From contig OZ024740.1 in the NCBI GenBank assembly GCA_964016885.1, positions 196,168,001 through 196,232,000 of the forward strand: a DNA stretch of 64,000 nt, read 5' to 3'. Positions 58,091 through 64,000 of the stretch are shown here, one piece after another. How positions within the stretch are numbered: the stretch's first letter is position 1; each line of letters opens with the position of its first letter. This DNA is from Eledone cirrhosa. Lineage: Eukaryota. A program made the translations under genes and the position numbers. The notes beneath the pieces were generated by a model, which saw only the letters and a program-made list of their open reading frames with translations, was not told the origin of the DNA and made no database searches.

Positions 58091-58929
58091 TTAATATCTA
58101 AATAATTCTATATCATATAAATTTACTTAGTGATTCTTTCGCTCCTACTTCAGTGGGGAGGCTGTTTCATTGAGTATGTTAGAATAAAACTGAAACATGT
58201 CCGAAATTGTCTCCCCTACTTAACTGGAAAATGATTTTAAAAAATTGACTAAAATCATTTTCTTTTAACAGAGCTTGTTTCCTATTTTGTGTTTCATGTA
58301 TTAGATATATTAACACTAACTTATCTATAACCAAGTAAATATATCTTAGTATATTACTGATGCTTCTTTTTATCATCACTAACAATAATTTCTAATTTCT
58401 AACTTAGGAACGATGCCACACATTTTGGGGGAGGTTTTAGTCTGTTAAGTGTACCTGAGTATGTAACTGGTACTTTATTTTATTGATCTTAGGAGGATAA
58501 AAGGTAAAGTTGACATTGGCAGGTTAAACTTGGAATTAAAAAGGTTGAAGCAAATATTGCAAAGTATTTTGTCTGATGCCAAAATGATTTTACCAATCTA
58601 CTGCCTTCCTCTGCTAACAAATAAGTAGATTTCAACAAGATTTTAACTGTGATTAAAGAGAAATGAAAATAATTCCACAACTATTTCTGCTATTATATTG
58701 CTCTATACTTTTTAACTAAGTCATTTTCCATTGTAGATGGTGACCTACAGTAGATACTCTGAAAAATCAAAGCAGCAGTGCACATGGAGTTTAGAGATAA
58801 TCCAATCAATAAACTCTAGTATTGATTTTAGCTCAATCTCAATATCATTATTGAAAAAGTTAACTTAATATATTTTTAGAATGTACTTTATCATGATAAT
58901 TTATCTCACAAATTTAGGCTCAAAAAATA

Positions 58930-59450
58930 TACTGTATATACTTGAATATAAGGCGATCTGAATATATTTTATTTTTGCCTGGGAAAGGGCAAAAATCCAA
59001 ACCCTGTATATAAGCCAAGGCAGGTAATCAACATATTATGTTTAAATGATGCGGTCTTGAAATTTTCATGAGTGGAGAATATATTTATGAAGTTTTAATA
59101 TTTTGATATCTAAAATGTTTGAAGTGTTGTTTAGAGCATAGTTTTTGTTTCACAATTACATTACATAACAATTTTTTTTTTACCAATTTCCCACCGCTTT
59201 GAAGGCCATATTTATTCAAAACATATCAAAAACATATTTCATGTTAAAAATAAAACCTGTATAATATTTACTGCCAAAGTGAGACTGATGTAGTACTCAC
59301 CTTCAAAGCAAAAATATTTTAGCACCTCATTTACTTAAAATTTCGAAATTGGTGAAAATCGGTAGTATATTGACCTCAAATATAAACCAACACCATTTTA
59401 CCATCAATTTTTTTGTCACATATTTCTCAGCTTATATAGAGTAAGTTTAA
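58930..59450. mobile_element. Degraded Tc1/mariner-type MITE
   Basis: Left end tactgtatatacttgaatataaggcga; degenerate inverted right end tcagcttatatagagtaagttta. Confidence 0.45.
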
Positions 59451-60928
59451 CAAAGAAACAGATGAACTCCATGTGATTAGAAAAAGCTACTTCACTTACT
59501 GCTTATTGCTGGCACCGGTAATCCAATAGCTGGTTTCTCCTCTCCCACGTGCGTACAATCCAACTCGTTAACCAGGAGCTCCAAAACTGACGTTCACCTT
59601 CGCTGACCACCCTAGAGAGAGGCAGACCTGCTGGCCCTTCCGGTCGAGCACCCTTCCGGTCAACCACTCTTCTGGTCGAGCACTCCCCAGCCTCCGGCCA
59701 CCGCACACCACACCATACCCACACTCCACATAAGTTAAATTGTCTCAGATGTTAAAAGTATATAAGAAGTGTCCTACTTTATAATATAGTATGTTAAGAA
59801 TTGATTGAAGTATGACTGTTATTTGTTTTTTTAAGAATATAGGTGTCTGTAATTTCTGTTTGGTTATAGATCTGTCATCATCATCATCATCATCAGCATC
59901 ATCGTTTAAGTCTCCTGGTGTAACTAAGGAATGAGAGGCCCAAAATCTAGGCAATCAATAATGTAATGTGAAGAGCCAGCTGTTTTTCACATGAAAAATA
60001 CCCATTTTCCACTATACCACTGTATCAGTGGAGGTGCATGGCCTAGTGGTAAGAATGTTGGACTTATGATCATAATGTCATGGGTCAATTCCTGGACTGG
60101 GTTGTGTGTTGTTCTTGTACAAAACACTTCATTTCACGTTGCTCCATTCTACCCAGTTGAAAATGGGTACCAGCAAGAGCTGGGGCTTTAACCCTGTGAT
60201 GGACTGGCATCCTGTCCAGGGGGAAGTCTTGTACTCTCAGTCACTTTAAAGCTATGGAAACTAGGATAAGCACTGGTCTGGTGAGCCTCCGGGGTCAAGA
60301 CAGACTTAATACTTTTTTTTTAGACTGTATCAGTAATGCCACAAGAATTTTGGGAAGCTTACAAGCACTGCTTGTTGCTCAAATGAGATTGTCTGCTCTC
60401 TCATTCTCCTATGGCAAATGCTAAATTCAAATCCTACCAAGGTCATCTTTGCATCCTTTCAAGGTTGATAAAATTGGCAGAATTGTTAAAGTATAGAATG
60501 AAATATCTTTCAATATTTGCTCTGAATTCTTGGTCAGTGGACTTGTTGCAAGTATTTGGGCCAGATCTTAGATTTCAGGGTAACTTGCGCCCTCCCTCCC
60601 ATAGGTCCTGGAGGCCCTGTAAAAAATAGAGGATCATGGCGGCTGCTTTCTCTTCCTGACTAAGCCACAGAAAAATATGTATATATAGGTTATAGCCATA
60701 GTTTTTGTTATAGTGCAGTTATGATAGGGGTTCCAATCGGTACTTGTTCCAGGGCCCAAGAGCTATGAAGGCCCCACAGCAACCATGCAACTTCCATTTT
60801 GAGAAAAATCTTTGCCTGCTTCAGGCCCCAAAGGGGTCTTGTTAACGCCTTGTAAAATTTCTCTTGGAGGCCCTGGTTATAGCTATACTCATGACTTTTT
60901 TCTAATGAAATAATATGAAAACACTTAC

Positions 60929-60993
60929 AAAATAGTGGGTTTTTTATTTACTGCAACTTTCACATTTGGGTTGTATGTTCCAGGTCCAGGAAC
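60929..60993 (-). CDS. STPG1: STPG1/MAPO2-like, internal exon B
   Basis: ttttcAG|GTT CCT GGA CCT GGA ACA TAC...ATT TT|GTaagt. 65 nt, phase 0 in and phase 2 out. Encodes VPGPGTYNPNVKVAVNKKPTI(L), containing a PGPGxY repeat. Confidence 0.9.
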
Positions 60994-61254
60994 CTGAAAA
61001 AAGATTTTAATGGAAAAAATATTGTACTGCTTTAAATATATTTAATTGATAAAACGAACTGTTAGTCAGAAATCTCAAATATTTCAATAAATTTTATAAC
61101 ATATTTTCCCTCCAAAAAAAAACAACAATAAGGACAATGTGGATATGTGGACAAGATTTACACTTCACAGTTTGTCATGAGTTCATAATATGTCAACAGT
61201 ACTGAATTTTTTGTTATTTTTGATGTTGCTATTAATTAGTATATTTATTTTAAT

Positions 61255-61591
61255 GGAGGCACATGGCTTAGTGGTTAAAGCATTGGCCTTGCAATCGAAA
61301 GGTTGTGAGTTCAATTCTCAGACCGGGTGATGTGTTGTTTCCTTGAGCAAGACACTTTATTTCACATTGCTCCAGTTTACTCAGCTGTAGAAATAGATGA
61401 TAGGGACTGGGGTCCCTATCATTCCACTGCAAAGTGGTCGTGGAGGTGCTACGGCAAAAAAGCACCCAGCACTCACTGTAAATGAGTTGGTGTTAGGAAG
61501 GGCATCCAGCTGTAGAAATCAAGCCAGAATCAGTTCCCGTCCCACCCTTGCAAGCAGGGAAAAGCGGATGTAAAATGATGATCATGATGAT
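61255..61591 (+). mobile_element. tRNA-derived SINE with RTE tail (intronic)
   Basis: Near-identical to 9096-9422. Confidence 0.85.
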
Positions 61592-63145
61592 TTAAGCAGG
61601 TCTGAGGCATGATGTCAGCCATTTGTAAACTTGAGCACCACACAGTCTGAACCACTCACATATAGAGGGTGATCAAGCTATGTACTTAGTCATCCTTTTG
61701 TTTAGCGGGTTGTGAGATTTTGTTTTGTTGTTGCTTGGTTGATTCATTTGTTTGTAGTAGTAGTAGTAACGATGAAATGTGAAGTTGATGAGTGAGTAGC
61801 TTGTTGGTCAAATAATGGCAAGTGAGTAAGTGAAGTTGGTCTCAGTGGGTCGAGAGAAGCTATGCCATATTCAAGGAAACACGAAGTTGTACTCATTTGT
61901 TGTGGTATGCAATATTACCATGGGGAAGATTTTCCCATATCACATGGATAAGACACCACTAATTTTAATGTTTTTATTTGTAAAATGATTTATTTCGAAA
62001 TTATGTGCAATGAACAAAAAAAGGATATATATATAGTTGCAGTGTGTCATGTGTGCCAATGTAGTAATATTTAACTGATCTGACCTGTATTGGTAAAATT
62101 TTCCCAGCAAGGCTGGCTAGCGAGAGTGTGTACTGTATATAATGCTACATTACAAGCCAAACAAAACAAGTGATCTCTCTGTTGTGTGTCAGGAGGCAGA
62201 CTGATTTTTTCAAAAGGAAATTTATCTATTATTCTCCCTGTATACAACTGGTAGAGTTAGTCCTTGAACCAGAAAACATTATTTAAATTATGGGGCTCTG
62301 AGGTTGTAGGTCAGTATTAAGATGGTTGTATGTGGCAGACTATGAAAAACCATTGTGTGAAATTGTGTTGAGATTTCACTATACTTGTATGTGGGGTCAT
62401 ATGGCAGTCATGATATATTTCATTTAATGTCTGTCCATAGTCTATTCATCATCCTCACATGAAAAAAAAAATCAAAAAAATCAGAAAACTCCAGTGTTGT
62501 CCACAATGGAGATAGGACCTTCCAGGCAGGGAGGGGGGGGGGGGGGGGGGGGGGGGGGGTCTGCATCTTGCTTATGTATGGTCATATGTTCTATCAAGTG
62601 CACAGAAGTTGTCATTTCTTTGACACAACTAAAGGGTCCTCATACCTTTTGTTTTGCAAGCTTTCTATGGCTGGATGCCCTTCTTATCACCAGTGTGTAC
62701 TGGGTGCATTTCTCATGTAGATCACCAACACTAGGGAAGTTGTTGTGTCTTTGACACAACTGAAGAGTCTTTTTAGGCATGGATATTGAAACATCAATTT
62801 TGTAGATGATTATTGAAACAACAATAACAGCCAAGACTGCTGCTACTACCACCATCACTACCAACACCATCACCACTAACACCACTACCAACACAACTAC
62901 TGCCATCACCAACATTACCACCACCACCAGCACCATCACCACCAACACCATCACAACTACCGTCACCGCCACCACCACTACCACCACCACCAAAATACAA
63001 AAAGTAAAACAATTATGTTAATCACCAAGAAAATTCAGTCAGATCTTGTTCAAACTTCAGACCTGTTCTTATCCTGGTTGGTAATGTCTCATGAAATCAT
63101 TAAATAGATGTTAAAATATGATAAATTATGTTAGATTAAACTTAC

Positions 63146-63249
63146 AGAATATTCCTCAACTGCCAGAGTTCGTTGGGATTTAGATTTAAATGGAACAGTT
63201 ACAGCTTTGGAACTGGACAGTACAAAATCATAATTAACAGAATATTCAC
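63146..63249 (-). CDS. STPG1: STPG1/MAPO2-like (sperm-tail PG-rich repeat protein), internal exon A
   Basis: Minus strand tttttctacAG|GT GAA TAT...GAA TAT TCT|GTaag. 104 nt, phase 1 in and phase 0 out. Encodes (G)EYSVNYDFVLSSSKAVTVPFKSKSQRTLAVEEYS; the F-K-S-K-x-x-R motif preceding PGPG is typical of STPG repeats. Joins exon B in frame. Confidence 0.85.
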
Positions 63250-63354
63250 CTGTAGAAAAAAAACAAAATTTGTTTTCGCTGTTAACATGGTGGAGACCTA
63301 AATGTATTCATGAGTGAATAATGATATTGTAATATCATAACATTATAAACAGCC

Positions 63355-63525
63355 TCATACCTCCAAGTATCGGCCGCTCTCCAACAGGTTTGCAGTCGAG
63401 CCCCTAGCAGTGGAGACTTCTGGTGTCCTTGGCCCTAGGACCACCTCACCACCATAGGTGCTGAGCTGGCTAGCCGCAAGTGTGAGCCTCGCGAGAATGG
63501 CTCTTCCAGCGCATCTCCCTTACAT
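63355..63525 (+). mobile_element. CRE/R2-group non-LTR fragment (restriction-like endonuclease domain)
   Basis: Translates to SKYRPLSNRFAVEPLAVETSGVLGP...LFQRISL, matching the KY..L...F.P.AVET.G..G...FQRIS pattern. Confidence 0.6.
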
Positions 63526-63745
63526 CTTACATTCTGTCTGCTGGGGCCGTGGGGCGACCAGCGCGTGGGATCCCATTTGCTCATAATAGTGAGAGATAGG
63601 GAGGGCGAGAGAGATTGAGGCGATGACAGTAGGATTTCAGCTCCTCTGTATTCGGACCTGGTGTACGTGTTTGTGTGTACGTTTACTTCTATTCATTCGA
63701 TATGACAGTAACAAGTAATACCAATAAATCACACATTCAAACACG

Positions 63746-63905
63746 ACGTGGTAGATGACGTCACCTTTTTGTTCCAGCAGTAGCTGAGAGAAAACAATCA
63801 ACAATTGTTTCGGAGTATCTTGACAAGGAGCAAGATACTCCGAAACAATTGTCGATTGTTTTCATTCAGCTACCACTGGAACAAAAGGATGGCGTTCTAC
63901 CACGT
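63746..63905. repeat. ~160-bp imperfect palindrome with a hammerhead-like centre
   Basis: acgtggtaga...caattgtttcggagtatcttg | acaaggag | caagatactccgaaacaattg...tctaccacgt. Confidence 0.85.
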
Positions 63906-64000
63906 GGTCTTTTATGAGGCTATTTACTTGTGAACAAACCGAGTGGATTGGCAGTATCGGTAGAGCGTCAGATACCATGCTTTGCAGCAGAGTTATGGCC

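Overview
AT-rich animal genomic DNA, not prokaryotic. The SINE/LINE families and the very long (TA)n arrays suggest an octopod cephalopod; that assignment is inferred, not proven. About a third of the window is (TA)n-type microsatellite, and all of the long 'YIYIYI' ORFs are artefacts of it. There is one 200-N assembly gap at 25338-25537. The only host gene I can support is a minus-strand STPG1/MAPO2-like gene (sperm-tail PG-rich repeat protein). It has three phase-compatible GT-AG exons at 63146-63249, 60929-60993 and 55916-56106, and its 5' part lies beyond the window. The rest is a nested retroelement landscape: RTE LINEs carrying a PHD finger inside the RT domain and inserted into (TA)n, two CR1-clade families, tRNA-derived SINEs, MITEs, a CRE/RLE fragment and several Penelope-like elements. 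The most notable signal is non-coding: about 10 hammerhead-ribozyme motifs. Three of them are near-identical type I hammerheads inside a highly structured ~422-bp tandem repeat, a retrozyme-like architecture that sits next to a Penelope RT. There is also a candidate HDV-like pseudoknot at the 5' leader of an RTE. All RNA structures were folded by eye. Boundaries of degraded repeats are approximate.
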